From the IMG/VR virus record IMGVR_UViG_3300045996_001293, positions 1 to 38,480 of that record: DNA of 38,480 bases; one strand, written 5' to 3'. Below are positions 10,133 through 19,191 of the stretch, piece after piece. The DNA is from a virus (Duplodnaviria; Caudoviricetes). A program made the translations under genes and the position numbers. Positions within the stretch are counted from its first letter, which is position 1, and each line of letters starts with the position of its first letter. The notes beneath the pieces are model-generated. The model made no database searches, was not told the DNA's origin, and saw only the letters and a list, made by a program, of their open reading frames with translations.

Positions 10133-10533
10133 TCCATCACGGCCAGCTCGGCGGGCTTGAAGGTCTCTTCCTGTCGGGCCAGGAACTGTACTTCCTGGCG
10201 GAACCGAGGGTACTTGGTGACGAACTCCTTGGCCGCCGCCTTGCTGTACGTGGTGCCGTCGGGATGGTTCCGCCAGTCCACGAGGATGACGCCGATCACG
10301 AGCTCCGTGTTGTACTCATCCTGATACTTGGGCGGGAGCCCGTCGTGGGCGAGCATGATGGCGCGGAACTTTTTGTCCAGGTCACGGGCGAAGTCCCGCA
10401 CGATGTGGGCGTTGTCGCTGCGGACCTTGACTTCCATGCCGCCGCGCAGCATGGCCCAGGCACCGTCCTGCTCCGCCTGCTGGTCCGTGCCAAACAGCGC
10501 GTCGAACGACTTTTTGATGGGGGTGGTTGACAT
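10093..10533 (-). CDS. Tail assembly chaperone (gpG-like)
   Basis: 146 aa; F.TD...EQDGAW and ILVDW motifs; GAGGA upstream; between tail tube and tape measure; ends in a slippery site. Confidence 0.85.
   Translation of the reverse strand: MSTTPIKKSFDALFGTDQQAEQDGAWAMLRGGMEVKVRSDNAHIVRDFARDLDKKFRAIMLAHDGLPPKYQDEYNTELVIGVILVDWRNHPDGTTYSKAAAKEFVTKYPRFRQEVQFLARQEETFKPAELAVMEGNSLPSSDTSTS
10126..10132 (-). other. Programmed -1 ribosomal frameshift slippery site G GGA AAC
   Basis: X XXY YYZ heptamer in the correct phase (GAG GGA AAC) near the end of the chaperone gene, between tail tube and tape measure. Confidence 0.85.
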
Positions 10534-10559
10534 TTCCGTCCTCGTGGGTGAATCGGGGA

Positions 10560-10591
10560 ACGCCCTGGAGCCGGGAGGGGCTCCAGGGCGT
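10560..10591 (-). terminator. GC-rich stem-loop after the tail tube gene (partial terminator or mRNA stabiliser)
   Basis: 13-bp perfect stem acgccctggagcc / ggctccagggcgt with a 6-nt loop; no clear U-tract. Confidence 0.6.
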
Positions 10592-10639
10592 GGGGGACTC
10601 TACCTCCCGATGCCGGTTTGTGTACCGGGACCTACCTGC

Positions 10640-12139
10640 TCAGGTGCCGTACTCCTCGAACCGGCTGATGGCGAAGGAGTAGCCCAACTGCGGGTGCTTG
10701 ATGCCCTGCGCTTCCGTGTCCAGCATGCGGTCCGTGTCGATGCCCGGCGTGGTGGGGTTCCCGGCGCCGTACTTCAGGCGCGGGATGTCGTACAGCATCG
10801 CCTTGCGCGCCACCGCGTCCACCACGGGGAGGAACAGCCCGCTCGCCGTGGAGCTCCGGATCTTGTTGAGGACGGTGTTGTCCCCGTAGTACATGCTGAG
10901 GGTCGCCTTGATCACGTGGCGACCCATCCCGATACCCACGCTCACCAGCGACCCGAGCCCGTTGTTGCGGCGCAGGTTGTTGTTGACCGTGAGCACCACC
11001 TTCTGGAGGATGTTCACCCCGCTGAACGCCGTGCCGTTCTCCAGCACCGCGCCGATGTTGGCCGAGGTGTTGAACACGTCGTTCGTGGGGGCCGCCACGT
11101 CCGTGGCGCCCGTGGTACGGGTGGTGGAGTTCTCGGCATTGAGCCCGAGGAAGGTGGTCTTCCCCCTGGCGATGCTCTGCTGGTCGAACTCCCACTCCTT
11201 CTCCGCCACGACGTGGCTCTCGAACAGGTCGTACTCCGGCACCGCGATGTCCTGATACTGGACCTCGAGGCTGTAGCTGCGTCGCGTGGTACCGTTGCGG
11301 AGCGAGTCGCCGATGTAGACCCGAATCTCCTGGCCCGTGCCGGCGTCCGCCACCCAGCCCGCAGGCACGATGTCGAACGGCAGCGACGTGGCCGTGATGG
11401 CGCGGCTGGCCGTGGGGGCAATCCGGCACCACCCGCCCGGGTTGGTCACGTAGGCGTTGTCCGCGGTTTCGCTGCCCACGTACACCCACTGGCCCTGATA
11501 CAGGCCGAGCGTGGTGAAGTCCAGCGCCGTGGAGGTGAGTCCCTGCGTGGCCGCGCCGCCTGCCACCGCCACCAGGTCGCTCGTGGCCCCTTCGAAGCCC
11601 ACGACCTTGAGGCGTGCGCCCACGTCCGGGGAGGCGTCCACCGTGCCGCCCGTCATTTCGACGTTGGTGCCGCTCGAGGTGGCTGCCGCCCGGAACAGCC
11701 GGTTGTTCCCAGCGTCCGCGAAGCCGCTCGCCCGCACCAGCATGCCCTCCGCGTAGGCGCCGGTCTGACCCTTCACGCCGCTGCTGGCCGCGACGGTGTA
11801 CTCCGTGGCGCTGACGGCGGTGATGCGCGCGGGCGCGGCGGTGGTGTTCTCGCGCTCGGGCGTGCGGAGCCACGTGCTCCGGAGGGCGCCCTGATCGATG
11901 GTGTGATCCGCGTCGAAGCTCTGCTCCTGCGGCAGGTCACCCCCGGCCTCGAAGCCCAGGGTGATCAGGTCCTTGACGTTGCCGTCGGCGGAGAGCTCCT
12001 TGCTGTCGTCGGTCTTCTTGGCGTGCGCCAGGTTGACCGCCGTCACGCGGAGGTTTTCGAACGCAGGAGTGGCGGGAGTGCCAGCCAGATAGCTGTCCTC
12101 CTCCACAATCCCTACGGCGGTGCGGTTGGCGTCGCTCAT
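10640..12139 (-). CDS. Major tail tube protein with inserted accessory domains
   Basis: 499 aa; N-terminal MSDANRT.VGIVEE...GTPATP, SKEL.ADG, RSYSLEVQY.D, LTVNNNLR motifs of siphovirus tube proteins; gene order. Confidence 0.85.
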   Translation of the reverse strand: MSDANRTAVGIVEEDSYLAGTPATPAFENLRVTAVNLAHAKKTDDSKELSADGNVKDLITLGFEAGGDLPQEQSFDADHTIDQGALRSTWLRTPERENTTAAPARITAVSATEYTVAASSGVKGQTGAYAEGMLVRASGFADAGNNRLFRAAATSSGTNVEMTGGTVDASPDVGARLKVVGFEGATSDLVAVAGGAATQGLTSTALDFTTLGLYQGQWVYVGSETADNAYVTNPGGWCRIAPTASRAITATSLPFDIVPAGWVADAGTGQEIRVYIGDSLRNGTTRRSYSLEVQYQDIAVPEYDLFESHVVAEKEWEFDQQSIARGKTTFLGLNAENSTTRTTGATDVAAPTNDVFNTSANIGAVLENGTAFSGVNILQKVVLTVNNNLRRNNGLGSLVSVGIGMGRHVIKATLSMYYGDNTVLNKIRSSTASGLFLPVVDAVARKAMLYDIPRLKYGAGNPTTPGIDTDRMLDTEAQGIKHPQLGYSFAISRFEEYGT

Positions 12140-12149
12140 GGTACAGTCC

Positions 12150-12839
12150 TCAAGGGGTTACGGTGGAGTTGACGAGCATATCCGCCTGGAAGCGGATGGA
12201 CAACAGAGTAGAAGCCCACTCCGTCTCCTGGGCGCCGTCGGCTGGGGAGCAACTGTAGATGGTGACCTTCTGGGTGTTGTATACCAGTTCAGTGCCGGGA
12301 GAGCATACGCGACTCACGGCATCTGTCATACCGTCCAATCCGTGGCTGCCCGCGTTCTTGGGGTAGAAGATGCCAAGCTGGTAGAGTCCCTGGAGCCGGA
12401 GCCGGAACTGCTGCTGGCCGAGACCCTGGCGCGTCTCGGGGCCGTACTTGTAGCTTTCCCGCCACCAGGGTTGGCCCACCGTCGGCACGTACTTGACGTT
12501 GCCGTCGGCCTGTCCCAGTGGAGCGCCTGCCACCACGCTGATGGCCCCGGCGCTGGTCTGGTTGGCCCATACCCGGCTGGTGTCTTCGGGGAGGCGGAGC
12601 GTGAGCTGGGTGCTGGCGGGGAGGGCGGTGATGTACGCCACGCCGTTGTTGTCGCCGGTGAACCCGCCAATCAACACCTCGTCCCCGGCGCTGAAGCGGT
12701 CGGTGAGGAAGCTGCCCCCGTCGGTCCGGGTCAGGAGCCCGGCAGCGGTCAGTGTGGCCCCGGTCGGGGCAGCGGTAGCCTTGATAACCGTGGCCAGCAG
12801 GTTCCGAAGGGCGAGCCGACTGCTCTGTTGGAGACTCAT
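12150..12839 (-). CDS. Tail terminator-like protein with an inserted beta domain
   Basis: YVPTVGQPWWRE, GLYQLGIFYPKNAG, W...LSIRFQA motifs; ATG at 12839 overlaps the upstream stop; precedes the tail tube. Confidence 0.75.
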   Translation of the reverse strand: MSLQQSSRLALRNLLATVIKATAAPTGATLTAAGLLTRTDGGSFLTDRFSAGDEVLIGGFTGDNNGVAYITALPASTQLTLRLPEDTSRVWANQTSAGAISVVAGAPLGQADGNVKYVPTVGQPWWRESYKYGPETRQGLGQQQFRLRLQGLYQLGIFYPKNAGSHGLDGMTDAVSRVCSPGTELVYNTQKVTIYSCSPADGAQETEWASTLLSIRFQADMLVNSTVTP

Positions 12840-13309
12840 TTCCACCCCTGTTGCTTCTTGACTTTGGCGACGATGGCGGGGAGCGCGTTGGCCGCCACTG
12901 CGACCATTCCCACGGGGGCCTGCTTACTGTGGCCGCGCTCGAGCGGGAGGATATGCTCAGCGTTGTTATTGAGCCGGACTTCCTGGCCTGGAACAATGGA
13001 GGCGATTTCTGCAAGCGCCGCCGCGTCAAAATCGATGACGGCAATCTTGTCCTTGCCCCGGCTGCTTTGGTCAATGTCCGGGAGCGCGGGGGCCTGGCCC
13101 TTGCCGTCAATGGAGAGCCACCAGGAGGCTCGGGCGTAGCCGGTATCCACCGGCGTGCCGGGGCTGAACTCGTTGCCCACAATCACCCCTTCACACACCT
13201 CGAGGATGATGCCCTGCACCAAGCGCTTGATGGCGCGGGGCATGGCCGTTTTCTGCTTGTCCAGCACCGCCGTGAACTCTTTGATGTGGACCTTGCGGAC
13301 GCGGGTCAC
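12836..13309 (-). CDS. Neck/tail completion protein (HK97 gp10-like)
   Basis: TPVDTGYARASW, NNAEHILPLERGHSKQAPVGMV motifs; GTG at 13309 overlaps the upstream TGA. Confidence 0.88.
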   Translation of the reverse strand: MTRVRKVHIKEFTAVLDKQKTAMPRAIKRLVQGIILEVCEGVIVGNEFSPGTPVDTGYARASWWLSIDGKGQAPALPDIDQSSRGKDKIAVIDFDAAALAEIASIVPGQEVRLNNNAEHILPLERGHSKQAPVGMVAVAANALPAIVAKVKKQQGWK

Positions 13310-14136
13310 TTCTCGAGCTCCACGCTGAACAACACCGGGCGCCGGTTGTCTGGGCCCAGCGGCTTGCTCCGGGCCACCTTCCACGTGTCGTTGCCAATCC
13401 CGAACACCTCGTCCCCATACTTGATGTTGACCGGGCAAGAGGCGCCCGCCACCAGCAACCGGCGCCGGGACTCTTGCGGACTGTCCCCGGCTTCCGCGCC
13501 CGGGAGCACGACTCCCTTGATGGAGTAGTCGGTGTAGAGCGGGTCGGTCACCTGATCAGTGAGGCGGGTGGTCCGCACGGGGGCCGCGTCTGGGTAGTGC
13601 CGGAGCGTGACGGAGAGCCCCTTCGCTTGCACGAGGCGCAACGCAAGCGCCGTTTGTGGGGCATACGTCACCGAGGCCAGGATTGGCTCACCTGCGCTGC
13701 CCTCGAGTGTGCAGCGGTGCAGAATGGGCCCGGCGTCGTCTGGGTTCAGGGTTCGGGTATCCACCACGCGCCAATTGCGCCCCTCCACCCCTAGCACCCA
13801 ATCCCCCGGTCCTGGGGTCACGTCCAGGTCCAGCCCCGCAATCAACACCTGCCGCCCGCTGGTCACGCCGTCGCCCGTGCCGGGGAACACGGCGGCAATG
13901 ATGGGGTAGTCGGTGTGACCGGGGTCGGTGAGCTGATCCGTCAGACGGTTTCGGGTGGGGGCCGTGTCAGGAACACGGCGCAATGTCCCCGCGAAGCCCT
14001 TGGCCGTGAGGAGGCGGAGCGCCAGCGCTCGCTGGGGGTCGTATGTGGTGTCTGCGGGGTCGGCAACGACCGGCGTGCTGGGCGCGGCTCCCGTGGGGGA
14101 GCCGGACCACAACAGCAGCGCCAGGAGGTTCAACAC
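13306..14136 (-). CDS. Head-closure-like protein made of two tandem homologous domains
   Basis: TYDPQRALALRLLTAKG... and TYAPQTALALRLVQAKG... each ending GD.V.G....W.V....L.PD...P.L; directly upstream of the gp10-like gene. Confidence 0.7.
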   Translation of the reverse strand: MLNLLALLLWSGSPTGAAPSTPVVADPADTTYDPQRALALRLLTAKGFAGTLRRVPDTAPTRNRLTDQLTDPGHTDYPIIAAVFPGTGDGVTSGRQVLIAGLDLDVTPGPGDWVLGVEGRNWRVVDTRTLNPDDAGPILHRCTLEGSAGEPILASVTYAPQTALALRLVQAKGLSVTLRHYPDAAPVRTTRLTDQVTDPLYTDYSIKGVVLPGAEAGDSPQESRRRLLVAGASCPVNIKYGDEVFGIGNDTWKVARSKPLGPDNRRPVLFSVELEK

Positions 14137-14138
14137 GG

Positions 14139-15314
14139 TCAGGCCGAGGCGCTGATGATGGCGTCCTGCTCTTCGCGCGTGAGGGTCCTGGTGTAGGCCG
14201 TGGTACCGTCCCCGTGCAGGACCGTAAGCACGCCGGTGCCCGTGTCGATGGTGAACCGCATGAGCCCCCCGGCCAGCGCCTGACTGACGGTGGGCGTGGT
14301 GTTGCTCCCGCCCTGCTGATTCCGCCCCAGGAGCGCGTCGGCGTTCTGGGCGGCGGTGGGGATGTCGCCGGTGGCGGCGGGGCTCGCCGGGAGGTTGTCG
14401 GTCTTGGCCTTGATAGCCGCGATCTCTGTGTCCAGGTACCCGGCGACGGTGGCGAGGTTGGTGTTGACCGTTCCGAACGAGCTCGCAATGTCGGACGCGT
14501 CCGCCGGGTCGCTGGGGAGGTTGTCGGTCTTGGCCTTGATAGCGGTGACGTCGGGCGCTGTGGCCGCGCCGTAGGCCGCGAGCGCAGCAGCAGCAGCAGC
14601 CTGCGCGCCCGCGCTGGACAGGTTGTTCAGTGCCGCAATGGCGGCGAGGACCGCGTCGTCAGCCGTCCCCAGCGCGGTGGCCAACTCGGCGTTCGTGGGC
14701 AAGTCTGCTACTGCCGTGGTGAGCGCCGGCAGTTCTGTGTCCAGGAAGTCGTCAATCGTATCCAGCTTGGTGTTCACGGTCGCAAAGCTGGCCGCAATGT
14801 CCGAGGCGTCGGCGGGGTCGCTGGGGAGGTTGTCGGTCTTGGCCTTGATGGCGGTCACGTCGGGTGCCGTGGCGGTATTATGGGCGGTGAGTGCGTCCGC
14901 CACTTCCGACTGAACTTCCGCGTCCCACGCGGCATTCCAGGGGAGCGCGGACAGCCCCGCCCCGTTGGCCCCAATACGGGCGTAGGAGTCCCCCGTCTGG
15001 GCCACATGCGACGTGAACGCCGCAGGGAGCGTGAACACCAGGACCCCCACCACCTCGATGTCGGCCGTGACGCTCTTGCCCGAGAACAGGAGGGCGTCGG
15101 CGTCGGTTTCGCCCTGAGTCAGGTCGAACAAGTACCACCCTTTCTGGTTGACGGCATCAATCTCGGTGGCCGAGGTGTCCGTCAACGCGACCGCGCCCGC
15201 GTAGGCTTTGTTGACATACGCGGTGATGTTGGCTGCGTCGCCCGCCTTGCCCTTGCCGGTTGCGGTGTCGAAGGCGAACAGCGCAATCTTCTGGCCCGCC
15301 ACATTTTTGAACAT
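14139..15314 (-). CDS. Virion fibre-like protein with IKAKTDNLP repeats
   Basis: 391 aa, Ala/Thr/Asp-rich; three IKAKTDNLP(S/A) repeats; N-terminal beta domain (EIDAVNQKGWY). Confidence 0.65.
   Translation of the reverse strand: MFKNVAGQKIALFAFDTATGKGKAGDAANITAYVNKAYAGAVALTDTSATEIDAVNQKGWYLFDLTQGETDADALLFSGKSVTADIEVVGVLVFTLPAAFTSHVAQTGDSYARIGANGAGLSALPWNAAWDAEVQSEVADALTAHNTATAPDVTAIKAKTDNLPSDPADASDIAASFATVNTKLDTIDDFLDTELPALTTAVADLPTNAELATALGTADDAVLAAIAALNNLSSAGAQAAAAAALAAYGAATAPDVTAIKAKTDNLPSDPADASDIASSFGTVNTNLATVAGYLDTEIAAIKAKTDNLPASPAATGDIPTAAQNADALLGRNQQGGSNTTPTVSQALAGGLMRFTIDTGTGVLTVLHGDGTTAYTRTLTREEQDAIISASA
14389..14849. repeat. Intragenic direct repeats: 35-bp identical copies at 14506-14540 and 14815-14849, partial third copy at 14389-14414
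   Basis: gggtcgctggggaggttgtcggtcttggccttgat is present twice exactly. Confidence 0.9.
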
Positions 15315-15330
15315 CGGTCAAGCTCCTGTG

Positions 15331-17310
15331 TTATGCGGCAGACGGCCAGCGTGAGTAGTGGCGCCGAGCAGCGCCTCGAGCGTTGGTGGGCCAGAGGACT
15401 CCCTCGTTCGCGTCGAACCAATCCTTGATCACTATCCCCGCCTCGTTGTAGCCTGTGGTGGTGAGGTGGCCGCCATCGGTCGCGGGGTCGTTGTAGTAGG
15501 TGGCGTTGAAGCACCGCTTGTCGGCCAGGACCCCCACCTCGAACAGACCCCCCACGGCGGCAAGGTCCAACACGTAATCACAATGCGCGGTGGGGTTCGC
15601 CCGGAGCTCGTCATTGAAGTCGCTGGCGATTTGTCCGATGGCGCTGAACCCGCCTGTTGACGCCGTGGCTCCGCCGACATACCAGATCTTCGCGTCCGGC
15701 ACCGTACACATGACGAACTTGATGCCCACGGCCTGACACGCGGCGTGGTAGTCGTCCACCACATCGAGCAACTCGGCCAGCGTGTCAATCCCGAGCCCCA
15801 CGGTGTTCAGCGTGTTGAGGACTTCGTTGACCACCACGATGACCGGGCCCGTGCGGGCCGCGTCCTTGTACACGCTGATGTCCCGGTCGAACCAGTCGAG
15901 CATCTTTGGGAACTGATCCCCGTTCCGCCCAACATTGTATTGGTGAATCTCCTTCATGAGCGGCATCTGCGCGAGCAACGTCCCGCGCGAGCCGGTGTTC
16001 CGGTTGGCGGCCACGTAGGCCCACGTGGTGGTGCCGGTGGCGAGCGTTGCTAACAGGTCATCAGACCCGGAGTTGCCCTGTACCAACGAGTTGCCGCTGA
16101 ATACCACAGTCGGGTTGGTGCTCTGCTCGGCGAGCGCGCCGAACTGGGACTCGGCCCACGCGGTCAGTGCGTTGAGGAACGTGTTGTCGGGCTCCCCGGT
16201 GTAGACCAGGAGCGCACAAATTTCGCCCGCGCCGTAGGTGGCACCGAGTCGTCCCAGCACCAACTTCGTGTTGGCGTTTGTGGCGTCGAACACCCGCCCA
16301 TGCCGCGCCACCGGCACCCCAGCAATCCCAAACTTGTAGACCGCGCCCACATTAGAGTCGGTGGCGTCCGTGTGCCACCCGTTCTTCCCAATCCAAACCA
16401 AGCGTCGGTTCGCGTCACGCGCATAACCGGGCGCCGGGGTAAACGCCCCGGCCCATTTATTGCCAGAGCCCCCCACGCCCGCGCCGTCGCTGGCGATGGT
16501 CCCTTGCCAGAAGCCCCCTTGCGGGCGGATCATCATGAACGGGTAGGTCGTGGCCGAGGTTTCGTCTGCGGCAATGCCCGCGAGCGGACCGTCGCCGGTG
16601 GCCTTCATCACCGCAAACACGTGGACGGGGTTCGGGGCTGCGGCAGACCCAATCAGTTTGGTCAACGCGGCGCCCGTGGTGGTCATGAAGTCGTCCGTTC
16701 CGTCCAGGGTCAGCGACGAGTCCTGGCCCACGGTTCCGTTGACGGTGGGGCGATTGCCTGACGTGGCCTGTGCGAAGGTCCGCCCGGGGGTGCGCCCCCC
16801 AAGCCCGCCCAGCGCGTCCCGGACTCCCGAGGCGGCCCCGCCCACGACATCAACGTTGAAGCGCAGGTCGTACACTTCAGGGAAGACGCTGTTCCCGCCG
16901 TTGTCGTCCACAAAGTCCTGGAGGGATTGCAGTTCCGCGCCCACCACGTAGAACTCCGTGGTGGTCACGTCGGCGACCCCAGACGCGGACGCCGTCAACG
17001 TGAAGGCGCCGCCTTGGTGGTTCGAAGGAATCAGGTTACTGAACGTGGCAATACCCGCCACAGCGGCTACCGTCACGGTGCCCCCCAGCGAGCCGTAGGC
17101 GTTCGCGGGAGACCACGCCAGCGTGATATCGCCGGTGAAACTGGTATCGGTGGTGGAGCCGTCGGTGGTCATTCGCACCACCACCGGCGACATCACAGCG
17201 CTTGGCGCCGTGGTGGATGCCGGTTGCGTGTCCACCACCAACGCGGGAACGGCGGGACTCGCAAGGAGCCCCGCCTCCGCCGCGCCTCCGAACCAGAAAT
17301 ACGCCGACAT
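15331..17310 (-). CDS. Multidomain virion protein: Ig-like, LamG-like and SGNH/GDSL esterase
   Basis: 659 aa; Ig-like GTVTVAAVAGIATFSNL; QATSGNRPT..LDGTDDFM LamG-like; SGNH blocks FSGNSL, NVGRNG, NEVLN, DGGH. Confidence 0.75.
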   Translation of the reverse strand: MSAYFWFGGAAEAGLLASPAVPALVVDTQPASTTAPSAVMSPVVVRMTTDGSTTDTSFTGDITLAWSPANAYGSLGGTVTVAAVAGIATFSNLIPSNHQGGAFTLTASASGVADVTTTEFYVVGAELQSLQDFVDDNGGNSVFPEVYDLRFNVDVVGGAASGVRDALGGLGGRTPGRTFAQATSGNRPTVNGTVGQDSSLTLDGTDDFMTTTGAALTKLIGSAAAPNPVHVFAVMKATGDGPLAGIAADETSATTYPFMMIRPQGGFWQGTIASDGAGVGGSGNKWAGAFTPAPGYARDANRRLVWIGKNGWHTDATDSNVGAVYKFGIAGVPVARHGRVFDATNANTKLVLGRLGATYGAGEICALLVYTGEPDNTFLNALTAWAESQFGALAEQSTNPTVVFSGNSLVQGNSGSDDLLATLATGTTTWAYVAANRNTGSRGTLLAQMPLMKEIHQYNVGRNGDQFPKMLDWFDRDISVYKDAARTGPVIVVVNEVLNTLNTVGLGIDTLAELLDVVDDYHAACQAVGIKFVMCTVPDAKIWYVGGATASTGGFSAIGQIASDFNDELRANPTAHCDYVLDLAAVGGLFEVGVLADKRCFNATYYNDPATDGGHLTTTGYNEAGIVIKDWFDANEGVLWPTNARGAARRHYSRWPSAA

Positions 17311-17312
17311 GG

Positions 17313-17663
17313 CTAGGCGATTTTGCGAACACTAGCGTCGAACGCGCAATCCGCCCCGGCGATTTTCTGGATGGTGAAGTCGAATCCGTTCAAGAGCACG
17401 AGCGTGGGCGTGACAAACAGCTCCGATTGTACTCCCAGGAGGGTCTGAGAGAAGCACACACGCTTGGTGCCGCCGGTGGCTTCCACCTTCTCGTAGATGC
17501 GGATCTTGAACTCGTCGCCCTTCACCATAGCGCTCGCGTCCACCCACAACTGATAGACCCCGGCCACCGCGATGGTTTGAAGGCTGGTGGTCCCTGACAC
17601 GATCGACAGCTCCGAGGAGCCAACGGTCACGCCGTCCAATTCATACGGCTCCGTGATAGCCAT
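17313..17663 (-). CDS. Small beta-rich hypothetical virion protein
   Basis: 116 aa ORF tightly packed in the structural operon with matching codon bias. Confidence 0.6.
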   Translation of the reverse strand: MAITEPYELDGVTVGSSELSIVSGTTSLQTIAVAGVYQLWVDASAMVKGDEFKIRIYEKVEATGGTKRVCFSQTLLGVQSELFVTPTLVLLNGFDFTIQKIAGADCAFDASVRKIA

Positions 17664-17669
17664 GGGAGG

Positions 17670-18503
17670 TTAGCTCACAGCGTAGATGAGGCCCCCGTAA
17701 GCGTCGTCATTCGACGCCGCCGAATTGGAGGCAAGCATGGTCAGGCGTGTACCAGCAGGGACGTCACGGAACGCCGGCAGGGGGAAGTCCAAGGGGCCCG
17801 TGCAATCCTCGTTGCCGAGCGAGATGAACTCCCACGTGCCAATCCGCTCCTCCACCGAGGCGCCGATGCCGATCCCAATACTGAGGCCGCTCTGCCCGAG
17901 CGTGCTGTCCGTTTCAGGCTGGAACCCCGGCAGGAAGGCGAAGTGGTCTTCGCTGGTGGCGGCAGTGAGCTGCGTGGCTGTGGCGGCGCCGCCGCTCGTG
18001 GCTGGGACCACGGTTTGACCGCGCACGTTGTTCACTTGCGTGCCGTAGGTGGTGACCTTCCGCCCCACGCGGAAGGGGGGCGGGCCTCCCCCATACAGCT
18101 TGATGATGCACCGGGCGCTGATGCCCGTGCGCACGCTGGCGAATCGGGCGGCAATCCGGACGCCCGCAGGGATGTGGAGCGGGAAGAACCACGCATACCC
18201 GCCCTGGCCTGCCGCGCGAGCGTAGCCGCACAACAGGGCGGAAATCAGGACATCATCCGTCGCCCCGCCAATGAGGATGTCCATGGCGGCTTGGGCGATG
18301 GTCGCCGAGGCGCCGGTCTCCGAAATCCAAATGGAGATGCCCCACGAATTCTGCGTGTTGTTCGCCGCCGAAATGATCTCGGTGACGGCGCCGTCGAGCG
18401 TGGTGGAGGCATTACATGGGACTGCGGTGCCGGGGGTGTTGCTCCCGACGATGCCTTGGTTGGTGATGACCTTGACCGCACCCTTTTGAGGGACCCAGAG
18501 CAT
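17670..18503 (-). CDS. Hypothetical beta-rich virion protein with two similar halves
   Basis: 277 aa; halves end FFPLHIPAGVRIAAR and AFRDVPAGTRLTML; AGGA upstream. Confidence 0.6.
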   Translation of the reverse strand: MLWVPQKGAVKVITNQGIVGSNTPGTAVPCNASTTLDGAVTEIISAANNTQNSWGISIWISETGASATIAQAAMDILIGGATDDVLISALLCGYARAAGQGGYAWFFPLHIPAGVRIAARFASVRTGISARCIIKLYGGGPPPFRVGRKVTTYGTQVNNVRGQTVVPATSGGAATATQLTAATSEDHFAFLPGFQPETDSTLGQSGLSIGIGIGASVEERIGTWEFISLGNEDCTGPLDFPLPAFRDVPAGTRLTMLASNSAASNDDAYGGLIYAVS

Positions 18504-18515
18504 GAGCGGTTCCTG

Positions 18516-19112
18516 TTAGGGTTCGTATGCAGAGCCGTCGTCAGCGCCCGAGGGGTTGCTGTAGGTCCCTGCCGTGAATTCCACCGCATCGTCCGGCGTG
18601 GCTTGATACGGGACCGGGAGCGTGGTGCCGGGGGTCAGGCACAGCGGGGCCAACAGCCCGTCCACCTCGCTCATGAGCGTCTCCGGGGAGGCGCCCTCGA
18701 AGTAGGTGGTGCTGATGACGTCCACGGTCTCGGTCTGCACTGCCCCGCCTCGAGCGAGGTCAGGCTGCAGGCTCCCGGGCGACGCGCCCGCGCGAATGGC
18801 CAGCAGACACTGGGCGTCCTGCAGGCGCCAACTGATGTAGTCGTTGTCGAGCTCAGGGCCCCGGTACTCGGAGGCGTCGTCGCGCGGCCAGGCGTTCCGC
18901 TGGGTGGCGGTGCGGCGCGTCCCCCGGTAGGTGTACCGGCGCTCGTTGTTGAGGTACAGCATGGCCTCGTGGAGCGCGGCCTCCTGCTGTGTGGAGCTCA
19001 ACGCGGCCCAGCCGGTGAGGTTCCGGGCTGCGGCGAACGTGGTCACGTTCGCAGCGGTTTGGTAGCTATTGGCCCCGGTTGGGAGCGTTCCGTCCTCGAC
19101 AATGATTGCCAT
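18516..19112 (-). CDS. Head-tail adaptor (family often annotated DnaT-like ssDNA-binding protein)
   Basis: IIVEDGT..GANSY, YRGTR...TQ..AWPR, AQCLLA, ETVDVISTTY motifs; position after the capsid genes. Confidence 0.85.
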   Translation of the reverse strand: MAIIVEDGTLPTGANSYQTAANVTTFAAARNLTGWAALSSTQQEAALHEAMLYLNNERRYTYRGTRRTATQRNAWPRDDASEYRGPELDNDYISWRLQDAQCLLAIRAGASPGSLQPDLARGGAVQTETVDVISTTYFEGASPETLMSEVDGLLAPLCLTPGTTLPVPYQATPDDAVEFTAGTYSNPSGADDGSAYEP

Positions 19113-19142
19113 GACCAGCTAGGGGAGGGGTGGGAACGGGGC

Positions 19143-19177
19143 AGGATTGGCCCAGAACGTGCGTCTGGGCCAATCCT
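19143..19177 (-). terminator. Stem-loop after the capsid gene cluster
   Basis: 14-bp perfect stem aggattggcccaga / tctgggccaatcct, 7-nt loop, intergenic; no strong U-tract. Confidence 0.65.
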
Positions 19178-19191
19178 CGGTGCACCGAGTG

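Noticed and set aside
893-14849. Direct repeats at 893-973 and 14389-14849 as a CRISPR array or DGR template/variable repeats
   Set aside because: They are in-frame coding repeats with 2-3 copies, no unique-spacer array, no adenine-specific mismatch pattern, and no cas or reverse transcriptase gene in the window
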